Below, piece by piece: positions 16,478 to 26,420 of a stretch of 46,262 nucleotides of DNA; the first letter of the stretch is position 1; each line of letters opens with the position of its first letter. The notes beneath the pieces were generated by a model that did no database searches, was not told where the DNA came from, and saw only the letters and a program-made list of their open reading frames with translations. A program made the position numbers and the translations under genes. The DNA lies in the IMG/VR virus record IMGVR_UViG_3300010048_000007, positions 1 through 46,262 of that record. One strand, written 5' to 3'. The DNA comes from a virus (Duplodnaviria > Caudoviricetes).

Positions 16478-17767
16478 CTACCACTCAAGCCCAATGGCAA
16501 AGCCGTGCTCGTTCAGGGCAGGTATATCCTTCTGTAAACGTTGCCCTATATCAACCCTCCAAAAAGGAGAACCTGGCATAGAAAGCTTATCAAGCACTTT
16601 ATGTGACCCGCGCCTTCCCTGTCTTACGGTGTCACCAACGCCGACAGCTACGCCAACATAATGCCCGGCAGTGGCATACTTACTATTGCTACCAGCCATC
16701 ACTTCACAGGGGTGGAAATGATCTTCATCGTCGATACCAAAGATTGGGATGCCAACGATCTCGTCGTAGTCGCGGGGCGGGTGAGGGTATGGAGGTACAC
16801 AGGCGATCGTTCCCACCGCTGGCTGATTAAGAAGATGCGCGCCGCGGGTTTGCTCACCGGCCGCCACAGCGTAAAGAAACTCGAGGGGGTCGCACTCGAA
16901 CAAGTCGGTCTCGATGTTGAACGCGGGCCAGCCGCACCTCATGGTGAACTCGAGAGGCCAGGTGGTCCCGTCGTCTGAGATAATGCAGTTGACATCGACA
17001 TTAAGAGCAATGTCGCCGAGTCGTTCCAACTGCGGCTCCAGCGGTTTGAGTACCATTTCAGCAAGTTTTGATCTTCGTACAAAACGCAGTACTGTGCCCA
17101 TTTCGCCAGTATTGGGACCGATATCACCACTACAAAACCTTTTGAATTCGTGGTTCTCCTCCCACACATCGGCCCACCCCGCCGGACCCCACCAGCCGCC
17201 AACGGCAAATTCGGTACCCTCGATCGCCTCTTGCAACAGAAACGGACACGGAGGCCGCCCGTGCTTTTTGCGCCAGCGACGCAGCTGATAGGTCGGATCT
17301 TCCGGCACGCCGGTTTTCGCACTCAGGCTTTTCTCGGCCGTATCCGAGCACGGCTTCGAATACAGCACTTCTCCTCGGCGTTCGACGAACGCAATCGCCG
17401 TATCGTAATCATTGAACTCGCGGTAGGTTGGAACAGCTATCCCGGCTTTTTGGAATACATTCATGCCGGCGCTGCGATCGAGCTCCCAACGGGCGCTTTG
17501 TTCATTCCCGCCTATGATGGCCACGCCTCGGGACCGCCATACATCCATTTCGCCCATATAGACCCCGTTCGTTTCGAGGACGACAAGGTCCGCCCAGTGA
17601 ATAAAGTACCTCCAGTTGTCCACTAACTCAACCAGCCCTTTGCCGATCGGGCGGGTGTTGCGATCGAACTTGCGCACGAACATGCGGACTTGGTGTCCGA
17701 CGCGCTGCGAGCGGAGCGCGAGATCTAACAGGCCGTCGCCAGCATCGGCGATCAGGAGAACACGCAT
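16478..17767 (-). CDS. PurD (GAR synthetase)-like ATP-grasp ligase, divergent
   Basis: RWELDR, GIAVP, SKP, LQEAIEGTE, GPNTGEMG (PurD GPNTGGMG), LEFTMRCGWP (PurD EFN.RFGDP). Confidence 0.85.
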   Translation of the reverse strand: MRVLLIADAGDGLLDLALRSQRVGHQVRMFVRKFDRNTRPIGKGLVELVDNWRYFIHWADLVVLETNGVYMGEMDVWRSRGVAIIGGNEQSARWELDRSAGMNVFQKAGIAVPTYREFNDYDTAIAFVERRGEVLYSKPCSDTAEKSLSAKTGVPEDPTYQLRRWRKKHGRPPCPFLLQEAIEGTEFAVGGWWGPAGWADVWEENHEFKRFCSGDIGPNTGEMGTVLRFVRRSKLAEMVLKPLEPQLERLGDIALNVDVNCIISDDGTTWPLEFTMRCGWPAFNIETDLFECDPLEFLYAVAAGEQTRGAHLLNQPAVGTIACVPPYPHPPRDYDEIVGIPIFGIDDEDHFHPCEVMAGSNSKYATAGHYVGVAVGVGDTVRQGRRGSHKVLDKLSMPGSPFWRVDIGQRLQKDIPALNEHGFAIGLEW

Positions 17768-17794
17768 GTGGGATGGGTCATTTACGCTGCTCAG

Positions 17795-18904
17795 TCAGAT
17801 GGTAGTGGTATAGAGGTTTATCGGGAAGCATATCCCGGAATTGGAGACATTGCTCATGTTGACCGCTATCCCAATGAGATAATTATTGGCCGCCAACGAC
17901 GAGCTCGCCGCGTTGAGCTGGGTGCCGCTAATCGTGAACAAAGTGTTGTTGTTACTGCCAAACGTTAATACCACTGAACACGCACCAGTGGTCGATAGCG
18001 AATAGGTCGGTGTACCGGGGCAGGCCGCCGAGCAGCTAACAGATATCGCTCCTGTGTAACCTGGCGCGGCAAAGTAATTGGGCACCTGCACGTGGGTGAT
18101 TTGCGGCAGCGCCGTCGACGGGGATATCGCGATCACCCCGAGGAACGCATCCCAAGTCTGCGCGGTCTGCGCGTTGACTGTGGCGGCGATGGGGGCGGTC
18201 GAATGGTAAACTCGCCACTCATCGAGAAGCGAAAATGTGCCGGGAACAAGATTGGTTGCTTGCGTCCACCCACTCCCCGCCGACCACGGCGAAGGACTCC
18301 CATCGTACAACATTGCCGGGCCATACAGCAGATCACCCGAGTTGGCCGGTGTAATCGTCGGCGACGAGAGAATACCGTTTGGTATGCCGCTGGTGGTATT
18401 ATTGGCAAATGCCGTGGCGGCGCTAGCATCGATCGCCGCAGTGCTCGGCACCCCCACAAATTCCGCCATCACGGCGTCCTCGAGATAAAACGCCTGCGAT
18501 TGATCGGTTATAAAATGAACTGTCGTGGGGGAACCTTGGACATTCGGCATCCACCACAACTGCACACCGAGCGTATCGCCGACGAATCTCCCGTTCTCAG
18601 CGCGCTGCAGCAGGAAGACATTCTGGCTGCCGAGGGTTATTCGGTCAAGCGAGGCTGGCAAACTGCTGTTGGTCTCGCTACGAACCATGCCGACCAGCGT
18701 GTTGCCCACCCCTACCGCCGGGATCGTCCAGGTATAGTCGGTCGCCCCGGCATTATGCTGCAAATTAACACTGCGCACTATGGATGGAGCAAAACTTGAC
18801 GCCACGGTCGGCACCCCACCGAGCACAAACTGCGCATCAGTATGCGCCGTAAACAGCAGCAGACCAACCAAGCCAAATAAGATCAATCGGCCAGGATGGG
18901 TCAT
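17795..18904 (-). CDS. Signal-peptide beta-rich adhesin-like protein with C-terminal cadherin/Ig-like repeat
   Basis: MTHPGRLILFGLVGLLLFTAHTDA|QF; C-terminal repeat shared with 27378..30050; 4 Cys. Confidence 0.65.
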   Translation of the reverse strand: MTHPGRLILFGLVGLLLFTAHTDAQFVLGGVPTVASSFAPSIVRSVNLQHNAGATDYTWTIPAVGVGNTLVGMVRSETNSSLPASLDRITLGSQNVFLLQRAENGRFVGDTLGVQLWWMPNVQGSPTTVHFITDQSQAFYLEDAVMAEFVGVPSTAAIDASAATAFANNTTSGIPNGILSSPTITPANSGDLLYGPAMLYDGSPSPWSAGSGWTQATNLVPGTFSLLDEWRVYHSTAPIAATVNAQTAQTWDAFLGVIAISPSTALPQITHVQVPNYFAAPGYTGAISVSCSAACPGTPTYSLSTTGACSVVLTFGSNNNTLFTISGTQLNAASSSLAANNYLIGIAVNMSNVSNSGICFPINLYTTTI

Positions 18905-18977
18905 CCCGTTACCTCGGAACGAATTTGAAGCCATTTTTGCCGGTGCGAGCGGGGTTGCTCGGCAGTGAGGGCAAGCT

Positions 18978-20924
18978 TCACGGCGGCGGCGTGGTTCCGA
19001 GCGCGTCCATGCCGCGGCGCCAGTCGTAGGTGCGCTGCCGCATCTCGCCGGCGGCTTGGCTGCCGCGGGCCTGCATCTGCGCACCAAAGCCAGGCCCAGG
19101 CCGATCGAGGGTTCGAGCGCGATCCTGGAAGAGCTTGGTGACGGCGCGGTTGGGGCTATACCAGTAGCGCTGAAATTGCTTCATTGCCTCAGCCCCCAAT
19201 GCACCGGCGGTAAGTCTCCATTCGCCACTCCACACGCCACCCACGAGCGCACCAACGGCGCCGACATCGGTCAGTTTACCGAAGGCGCTTTGTTTTGGCC
19301 GGGCCAGCTGCGTCTTTACGGCATCGGCAACGGCGCTCTCAATAGAGGTTAAGTTGCCGTGCTGTAGGCGTAAGGCTTGATATTGGGGTTCTTTAGCGTT
19401 GGCAATGGCGGTGTTGAGGGTATAAAGCAAAACATCGCGCACCTGATTATCAGCATAGTCCCGCATAGCAGATTTGCTGGGATCTTTGATAGTTTTCGCC
19501 AACTCATTATTCATCGTGCGGAGGTTGTTTTGCGCCTCTATTGGGGTCAAAGTACCTTTCTGCGCATAGCGCATAGCTTTGTCATTCAGATACGGCACCA
19601 ATTCGGGGTGGTCCAATATGATGTCCGAACGGGTGGCAAGTTCACGTAGCTTGGTAACCACCGGCATCAATGAGATTTGGATACCCGCGCCACCGACGCG
19701 CGCGGCAATGTCGTTGTATTGCTGGAACAAATTGGTTTTTTGTTCAAAGATCGCCTGGCTAAACTCGCGCAGCGTGCGCGGCAAACGGTCCTCCGGCAAC
19801 GGTCGATCGTACTCGTCGACGAGATGTAGTGCGCCGCGGTTCTGGATAATGTTGTCGACCGCGCCGGTAATCTTGGCGTCCTGGATATTCATCCCCTCCC
19901 AAGCACGCCGATCGGCAAAGCCGGGGCGGATGGCTTGGCGAAACTGTTTGGTGAGATGCCGATCGACGGCAGCGACATCGCCGCTCGCCAAGGCCGTCGC
20001 GAGCGGCGAGGGTGGATCTTTGATCGCTTCTTCGAGTGGCGCTCCGGGCTTGGCGGCGCCCTCTGGCGGCGGCACCTGGGCCTGACGGCCGTGGTAGACG
20101 ACGCCGGGGTACTGTGGCACAGCAGGGGCGCCAGGGAGCGCTACGGGGGCCGCTGGCGCCGGTTGCAGTGGTGGCGGCATACGCACCATCTGCGGCGCCT
20201 GTCCCGGCCCTACAGGCGGCTGCTCGAGCGGCGGCCGCATTGTTCCGCCGGGGGCTCCGGGGAGCATGCCCTGGCCGGTCGTCACCCATGATCGACCCGG
20301 CACACCTGTGGTCTGAGGCGGCGGCAACGCGAGCCGCGGGGCTGGCAAGCCAAGGGGCTGCACATTCATCATCGGCGGGGTGACGCCAGCGCCTGGCGGC
20401 GGCAGCTGCAGCTGTGGGCGGGCTGGTGGCAGCGCCAACGGCGCTTGCGGCGTCAGTCGGTCGATCGGCTGGATGCCGCGCCCAGGCGGCTGCATCGCCG
20501 CTCCTTGCCCTAGCGGGGAGGTCAACCCCCCGCTGAGGAATGTTCCGATATCACCGAGCTTGCCGAGCACACGACCGCCAGCCTCGGCACCGCCGCGGGT
20601 CGGCAGCAGGCTCTTGAAGAGATCGGCGAGGAACTCGGAGCCACCTTCGAGGATATCGCGGCCGGCCGCCTTGATGCTCGAAACGCCGGCCGCGGGTCCT
20701 TCGCCGATATCAGCGGCTAAGCCGCCAGTCAGCTGGCCGAGGTTTCCGCCGAAGGTTTGCGGCCGCGGGCTCCCTTCCGTACGACGCGGGAATCCCCAAT
20801 TGAAACCTTCGGGCTGGTCGACCGAACTCGGCGGAAATTGCTTCCGTAGCACCTGCTCGATTTGCTCGTGCGGCATGTCATCGGGAAATGCTGCGGTTCT
20901 ACCATCCGGCAAACGCACATTCAT
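18978..20924 (-). CDS. Internal virion / DNA ejection protein
   Basis: N-terminal VRLPDGRTAAFPDDMP.EQI motif; helical; third of three large coupled genes after the tail module. Confidence 0.65.
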   Translation of the reverse strand: MNVRLPDGRTAAFPDDMPHEQIEQVLRKQFPPSSVDQPEGFNWGFPRRTEGSPRPQTFGGNLGQLTGGLAADIGEGPAAGVSSIKAAGRDILEGGSEFLADLFKSLLPTRGGAEAGGRVLGKLGDIGTFLSGGLTSPLGQGAAMQPPGRGIQPIDRLTPQAPLALPPARPQLQLPPPGAGVTPPMMNVQPLGLPAPRLALPPPQTTGVPGRSWVTTGQGMLPGAPGGTMRPPLEQPPVGPGQAPQMVRMPPPLQPAPAAPVALPGAPAVPQYPGVVYHGRQAQVPPPEGAAKPGAPLEEAIKDPPSPLATALASGDVAAVDRHLTKQFRQAIRPGFADRRAWEGMNIQDAKITGAVDNIIQNRGALHLVDEYDRPLPEDRLPRTLREFSQAIFEQKTNLFQQYNDIAARVGGAGIQISLMPVVTKLRELATRSDIILDHPELVPYLNDKAMRYAQKGTLTPIEAQNNLRTMNNELAKTIKDPSKSAMRDYADNQVRDVLLYTLNTAIANAKEPQYQALRLQHGNLTSIESAVADAVKTQLARPKQSAFGKLTDVGAVGALVGGVWSGEWRLTAGALGAEAMKQFQRYWYSPNRAVTKLFQDRARTLDRPGPGFGAQMQARGSQAAGEMRQRTYDWRRGMDALGTTPPP

Positions 20925-22858
20925 TCGAGCTTGCCCGTCGCAGGATTGAATTGCATGTCAGCGCCATCAGAGGGCGCCGCGGCTGCCGGTGCGGCGCTAG
21001 GCGTGCCGCCAGTCTCGGATGCTCCAGGCGGCTGACCAATCTGCTGCCGCGTTTTTGCTACCGCACCACGCTCGCGCTGGATAGTGGTGGCCATCTGATC
21101 GAGTGCGGCATCAACCTGACCTTGCGACCACGCCTTGTTAAAAATCTCGTCAAAGTGATTCAAATCGGCGACTCGCACTTGGCCGCCCCGCGCCAATACT
21201 TGCGCGTAGGTGTATCGTAATGCGTTTATGAGTTCTCCGTACTCAACAATAGTGCGACCGCCGATCTTGAGATCGGCAGCCATTAACAGACTATTAACAT
21301 CCGGATAATTTGTCCGCCAGGTCTTGTCAGAAAGCTCGTGTGATTTTTGTCTGACCAATGGAATCAACGCTTCGGCCTTATTCCCCGCCATTTCAACACC
21401 GCCAGCAGCGGTGCCAACTGTCCGACCCTCCGCTGTCGCCGCCGCCTGTTGCGCTTGAAACTGAACGATCTCCTCATGATTGGGGGCGCGGCCGTAGGGT
21501 TGGCCTGTCGCGGAATCGATCATCGTTGGGAAATCATCGAGGAACTGCCGTAATGACATCCCCGCGGCTGAACGCGGCTGTGACATGCTATTGATAAAAC
21601 GAGTCATTTCGGCGGGTGGCGGATCTTGACCGCCGTGTGTCGAACGCCACTGATCAACGAATGCGCCAAAGGCGGCCTTGCGCGGATCACTCTCGATTCT
21701 CGTTTGCGCGGTGACCTCGGCTTGTGGCCGTGCCCCTGGCGGCAGCATCTTGATTGGACCGCCTTTGGTTTGAAAACCCCATTGACCAGGCGCAAATTCG
21801 ATCGCAGGTCCCGTGGTTTCGCCTTCTTCGCGCGTTTCTTTGGCTCTCTCCCGCTTCTCCCGCAGGATTTTGAGCGCATTTTCGAGCTGCTGCTGTCCAT
21901 CCTCGGACATTAGCGGCGCCAGCTTGACAAGCGCCAGGCCCTTCACGTCGTTGGGCGCGTCGGAGCCGAGCACCCGCTGCAGGATTTGTGCGTAGATGTT
22001 GGGGCCGACGCGGCCGATCAGCTGCGGCGGGGTCTGTCCGGCGGCGGCGATCGCGGCATCCGATGACTGCTGGTGCGTCTCCGGCGGCATGCCTTTTTGC
22101 AAATCGGCGATCACCGCTTGGCGGTAGGCGGGATCGAGCTTGATGCCATCGAGGCGATCGCCTTGCGCTTGAAAGCGCCGCATTGCACCGGGACCGGCGT
22201 CGTAGCCGACCAGCGTCCTTGCCTCCCGAAGTTGGGGAGAGGGCTGACCGGCACCGGCTTGCCCGTAGAGATCCCACGCGATGCGGTCGCCGAGCGCCTT
22301 GCCGACTTGCGGATCGCGAAGCAATGCGCCGCCGACCCCATAGCCCGCTGCAGTTGCGGGCATGACCTGCATTGGCCCCACGGCACCTGCCGGGCTGTCA
22401 GGAACCCCTGCCATCCGGCGGCCACTCTCGAGCCCCCAGATTTTATCATCGACGGCAGGGAAGCCGCTTGCAAAACCGCCGATCGAACGGGGCGCAGGTG
22501 CGCCCGCCGGTGAGGGTGTGGGGGGAAATGCCGTCTGGTAGTCCGGCACCTGCGGCAGCGTCGTCGGCAGCGGCGGCAGGGCCTCGCGCTGCACCCCCGG
22601 TAGCCCCGCCTGTGTCGGCGCCGTCTGCGGCCCAGGCTGACCATACGAGCCGAGGATGTCGAGACCCTTACTCGCCGCTCCGAGCGTCGAGAGGTACTGG
22701 TTCTGGCGTGCGAACTCAGCGAACTGCTGCTGTGCCTCCTGCTGCGCCAACCGCATGCGCAGCGCGTTCCACGCCTGTTGTTGCTGCCCTTCCTGCCCGG
22801 CCAGATAGCTGCCGTAGATACTTCCGAAGCCGGTGCCGAAAGGGTATTCGGGAGGCAT
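20921..22858 (-). CDS. Ejection protein with lytic transglycosylase (SLT) domain
   Basis: WGLESG...SPAGAVGPMQVMPATA...GYDAGPGA SLT motifs. Confidence 0.8.
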   Translation of the reverse strand: MPPEYPFGTGFGSIYGSYLAGQEGQQQQAWNALRMRLAQQEAQQQFAEFARQNQYLSTLGAASKGLDILGSYGQPGPQTAPTQAGLPGVQREALPPLPTTLPQVPDYQTAFPPTPSPAGAPAPRSIGGFASGFPAVDDKIWGLESGRRMAGVPDSPAGAVGPMQVMPATAAGYGVGGALLRDPQVGKALGDRIAWDLYGQAGAGQPSPQLREARTLVGYDAGPGAMRRFQAQGDRLDGIKLDPAYRQAVIADLQKGMPPETHQQSSDAAIAAAGQTPPQLIGRVGPNIYAQILQRVLGSDAPNDVKGLALVKLAPLMSEDGQQQLENALKILREKRERAKETREEGETTGPAIEFAPGQWGFQTKGGPIKMLPPGARPQAEVTAQTRIESDPRKAAFGAFVDQWRSTHGGQDPPPAEMTRFINSMSQPRSAAGMSLRQFLDDFPTMIDSATGQPYGRAPNHEEIVQFQAQQAAATAEGRTVGTAAGGVEMAGNKAEALIPLVRQKSHELSDKTWRTNYPDVNSLLMAADLKIGGRTIVEYGELINALRYTYAQVLARGGQVRVADLNHFDEIFNKAWSQGQVDAALDQMATTIQRERGAVAKTRQQIGQPPGASETGGTPSAAPAAAAPSDGADMQFNPATGKLE

Positions 22859-24093
22859 CAGGCAAGCGCCGCCAACGCGGCCGCCAAGCTGACGTCCGGA
22901 GCGAGCGAGCCGGAAAGTGCGGCCGCGTTGGCAAGATTGCTGTCCAACACATCGGCGGTTGCGCCAGCCCCGCCACCGCCAAACAGGCCGCCGAGCAACC
23001 CGGTTGTCGGGTCGATTCCGAGCGCACCACCGAGCCCCTGGCTGCCAAATAGCAGCGGATTTGCAGCGTTAAACAAGCTGCCTAAACCACCCAACGTCCC
23101 TTGGGTCTGCCCATAGGCCGCGCCACTGGCGGCCCGACCGCCACTCAGGTAACTCAGCAGACTCGAGAGCAGGTTTTCCGGCAGCTGATATTGCGACTGC
23201 CCGAGATCGCTCGCCTGGGTCAGATCGGTGACGCCCGTTGTCCCGAGGCCTTGTAGACCCTGCAGCTGCCCCAGGTAGGTTTGATAAGGCAGCGCCGCAC
23301 CACCCGCCGCGAGTTGCGCCTCCTGCCCGGTCAGGCTGGCCATGTCGCCAAACACCTGCGGCATTGCACGCGCCCCGGTGATCGCCTGGTTGAGCCCCAG
23401 TCCTGAGAGGTTGCCGATGTCGGTCCCGAGTTGGCCCGCGGCCCCAGCCGCTTGGGCCTCGCGCGCAAGCTGCTGGGTCTGCCAGTTGATCCCTAGGTTT
23501 CCCAGGACGTTGCCTTCGACGTTGGCGCCATAAGGAGAACTGCTCAGTCCCGATGCATAATTCGCCGCCCGGACAGCATCCGTGGTCTGCTGCAGCAGCC
23601 GGTTGTAAAGCGCCTGCTGCGGATCATAGCCGGCTTGCAGGATATTGGTCAGCGCGCTTTGCAGCTGTGGGATCGCCGCGGTCGTCGCCGCGGCGGCGGT
23701 CTGCCCGGCCTGCGGAAGCCCGGCACCGATGTTGGCGAGGTTTGCCCAGAGCCCCCCCGCGCTCTGCGGCGTAATCGGACCCAGGCCCGCCAGCGCAATA
23801 TCGGACCCAAAACCAGCCCCAGCGCGGGCTTGTTCGCCCCACACCGGGTCCCATGCCGTAAGGTTCGCCGGCTGGGCCGCGATGTTTGCTGCGAGGTTTG
23901 CCGTTTGTGGATAAAGCTGCTGGGCGGGCGTGTTCCCGCGCAGAAACTGGTTCTCAAGAGAAGTGACGAGGTTGCCGTAATTGACGTCGGCCTGCGGCTG
24001 GCCCTGCGGCACAAAGACGTTGCCCTGCTGTCCGCCCGGCCGCGCCCCGCCGCCAAACAGCCCCGCGATCGGACTGGTGATTGCCGATGGCAT
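22858..24093 (-). CDS. Ejection / pilot protein (G/Q/A/L-rich)
   Basis: Composition and position like P22 gp7-type injection proteins. Confidence 0.65.
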   Translation of the reverse strand: MPSAITSPIAGLFGGGARPGGQQGNVFVPQGQPQADVNYGNLVTSLENQFLRGNTPAQQLYPQTANLAANIAAQPANLTAWDPVWGEQARAGAGFGSDIALAGLGPITPQSAGGLWANLANIGAGLPQAGQTAAAATTAAIPQLQSALTNILQAGYDPQQALYNRLLQQTTDAVRAANYASGLSSSPYGANVEGNVLGNLGINWQTQQLAREAQAAGAAGQLGTDIGNLSGLGLNQAITGARAMPQVFGDMASLTGQEAQLAAGGAALPYQTYLGQLQGLQGLGTTGVTDLTQASDLGQSQYQLPENLLSSLLSYLSGGRAASGAAYGQTQGTLGGLGSLFNAANPLLFGSQGLGGALGIDPTTGLLGGLFGGGGAGATADVLDSNLANAAALSGSLAPDVSLAAALAALA

Positions 24094-24554
24094 CAGAAGG
24101 TAACCTCAAACAGTGTCGCGATGCGCCGAGCTTGACCAAAGTGCCGGAAGGCGCGCGCGAAAACCGCGTCGTCCCGATAAAAATTGTGGGCGAGCAACTT
24201 GCCCTGCCCGTGTTCGAGTAGCCAGGCCTTGGCGCGCCCAGCGATCATGCGCATCAACTCCGGCGGTCCTTCGCTGTAAACCAAAATTCCCTGCGCAGCA
24301 ATCTGCACGGGAGTGGTCGGCAGCACCGCGGCTGCCACCGCGAGCGGCTCCCGACCCTTGATGCCGGCAAAGAGGCCAAAGTGATCAGCGCCGACCGCGC
24401 CCGCCATCTCGGCGTAGAGCTCCTGCGGCGTCGTGCCAGGGTACTCGACAGCGGCGATCGCCCGCAGGATCAGCGCCTTCAGCTTGGGATGCGCGATCGT
24501 CTCCGCGCTCCGGACGCGGATGACGCGGCGATCAGCAGACACACAGGGACGCAT
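24093..24554 (-). CDS. Possible GNAT-fold head-assembly protein
   Basis: 153 aa directly before ejection genes, the position of P22 gp14-like genes. Confidence 0.45.
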   Translation of the reverse strand: MRPCVSADRRVIRVRSAETIAHPKLKALILRAIAAVEYPGTTPQELYAEMAGAVGADHFGLFAGIKGREPLAVAAAVLPTTPVQIAAQGILVYSEGPPELMRMIAGRAKAWLLEHGQGKLLAHNFYRDDAVFARAFRHFGQARRIATLFEVTF

Positions 24555-24750
24555 TCATTCGCGCAGGCAATTTTAACTGCACCTCCGCTAAATCCTCTCC
24601 TTGTTGGTTTCGCGCAACCTCCCGCACAACAGTCGGTCCTTGATATGTCTTCGCTACAGTTGGACTCTCCGAGCACACGCACATTTCATTAGTACACCCA
24701 CCAGACCCTGTAAGTGCCACCACCATACAAACACAAGCAAACAGCCTCAT
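24532..24750 (-). CDS. Small putative exported protein or lipoprotein
   Basis: Hydrophobic N-terminus ending GSGGC; ATGA overlap with the upstream gene. Confidence 0.4.
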   Translation of the reverse strand: MRLFACVCMVVALTGSGGCTNEMCVCSESPTVAKTYQGPTVVREVARNQQGEDLAEVQLKLPARMNASLCVC

Positions 24751-25037
24751 GGTTTGCCCTCTAACCTCTTCTCTACCTGCTTACATGTCTCAAGCACCGC
24801 AATAAAATTCCCACCCCCAACAATAATGATACAGCGCGCATTCGGCGAGACAAGTCTGCCATACTGTCGCGGTTCCCTGACAGAAACAACCGCTATCGGA
24901 TTAACTGCAACCTCCTCCCCATCTAGCCCTGTAAATGTAACCAACTCAATTGTCCCTGCAACAGATTCCGGCGGCGGATCGTCTTGGCAGGCACTCAGAA
25001 CCGCTAACCACATCAACAGAACACCAAGAGAAGCCAT
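24747..25037 (-). CDS. Lipoprotein with FlbD-like domain
   Basis: Lipobox VLSA|C; IELVTFTGLDGEEVAVNP...FIAVLETCKQVEKRL resembles FlbD family. Confidence 0.5.
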   Translation of the reverse strand: MASLGVLLMWLAVLSACQDDPPPESVAGTIELVTFTGLDGEEVAVNPIAVVSVREPRQYGRLVSPNARCIIIVGGGNFIAVLETCKQVEKRLEGKP

Positions 25038-25077
25038 CGCATCAGTTTGGCGCTAAATCCACGCCATCGGATAGAGC

Positions 25078-26364
25078 CTAGCCAGCCACTAGCTGCCATA
25101 CCCGTACATACTGAAAATAAAACGGATTATTAAACGACGTGTTACTCGTGCACGGAGTGCCAGCATCCCAATACGATCCCGACGGCAGACATGTCCTAAA
25201 GATCATCACCCACACAATGCCGTTATCCCAATCCGCCGACTGCAGCGCATACGGCGAATTCCCGGCGCTGGACCAATTCACCCCATCCAAAAACATCGAC
25301 ACAATGCCATGCGCCGAGCCATTATTATCCCACTTCAGAGCTATCGTGTGAAATTGGTCATCAAGCGGACCCCCGCTGGTAAAATAATTAGGACTGGCAT
25401 TATCACTACACCCCAAACACGTCGTAATCGGCGCGACAATACTAGGACCACAATAATTTCGGCTCGCCGGATTTGTGCTCTGAACTCGTTCGCACAAATC
25501 TATTTCCCCTTCCCAATCACCCCTGGCCCTAAAATAAATGTCAACATGATACCCATCCCCCTCACCGCTCACATCAGTCGGATACTTTGCGGAAGTCTCA
25601 AAATAGCCAAAGCGTTGGCCAAACCCATTCGTGGTATCTCCTCCCGCCGCCGAAGAAATCCTAGTCCAATAATTCCAATTGCCGGCAGGGATCGAGTTGG
25701 TCGGTCCCATGATCGCCAGCCCGGTCGTCGGACTGCAGCATGATATATAGTCGCCGGTGGCAGGGGGGCCGCTGGGGTCTTGGCCAATCTGCGGGTTCCA
25801 GCTCGACGCAAGTGATGAATCGCTTGTGAACTCATCATCAAATGTTAAATTCCAATGATACCCCGCCGGTGCCGGATTATTGAACGGACACGGCGTCGGT
25901 ACTGGGCCGCCAACCGACGATGTGCACGCACTACTAACCGCACCAGACACATCAAAATGCGCTGACGCACCAATATTCGTGTCTGCCCCATGAATCTGAT
26001 AATTGACCTTGTACCCCCCATTTATTTGCGCTGACGGAGCCGTAAACTGACATGACCAATTCAGCTGACCCGTCGATGGCGCCGTGCGCGCGCAATTGCT
26101 GAATTTCCAGTCATATCCAGCGCCGCCGCACCCGGCCCAATTCGTCGCCGCCGCCGTGCATATCGTCATATTATCATCAGCATTGCCCTGACTTCCCGAA
26201 AGACTGACCGTCATCGTCCCTCCGCCAGTCACTGTCACCGGCGCAATAGTAATACTTGCGCTCGGCGCGCTGACAACCGTAAAACTCGTGCTTACCGCCG
26301 CCCACGCCATCGCCCCACTGCAAACACCTACAATACAAAGGGCAACAAACCGCCAATTAAACAT
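25078..26364 (-). CDS. Signal peptide + Ig-like repeat + GH16-like (ConA-fold) domain
   Basis: WNLTFDDEF, FGYFETSAK, EGEIDLCE (ExDxxE), FHTIALKW, QYVRVWQ; 14 mature Cys. Confidence 0.78.
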   Translation of the reverse strand: MFNWRFVALCIVGVCSGAMAWAAVSTSFTVVSAPSASITIAPVTVTGGGTMTVSLSGSQGNADDNMTICTAAATNWAGCGGAGYDWKFSNCARTAPSTGQLNWSCQFTAPSAQINGGYKVNYQIHGADTNIGASAHFDVSGAVSSACTSSVGGPVPTPCPFNNPAPAGYHWNLTFDDEFTSDSSLASSWNPQIGQDPSGPPATGDYISCCSPTTGLAIMGPTNSIPAGNWNYWTRISSAAGGDTTNGFGQRFGYFETSAKYPTDVSGEGDGYHVDIYFRARGDWEGEIDLCERVQSTNPASRNYCGPSIVAPITTCLGCSDNASPNYFTSGGPLDDQFHTIALKWDNNGSAHGIVSMFLDGVNWSSAGNSPYALQSADWDNGIVWVMIFRTCLPSGSYWDAGTPCTSNTSFNNPFYFQYVRVWQLVAG

Positions 26365-26420
26365 AGTTTATCCCCTTGGGTCTTAGTCAACCACTAGCTG
26401 CCATACCCGAGCGTACTTAA

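Noticed and set aside
13459-17767. ATP-grasp enzyme as graspetide maturase for the Ser/Asp-rich peptide
   Set aside because: The enzyme is PurD-like rather than RimK-like, lies 2.8 kb away on the opposite strand in the late operon, and the DUF1399-like gene is the coupled partner; not excluded but unsupported
16478-17767. Calling it a bona fide purD auxiliary metabolic gene
   Set aside because: Substrate-binding motifs diverge and no other purine genes are present
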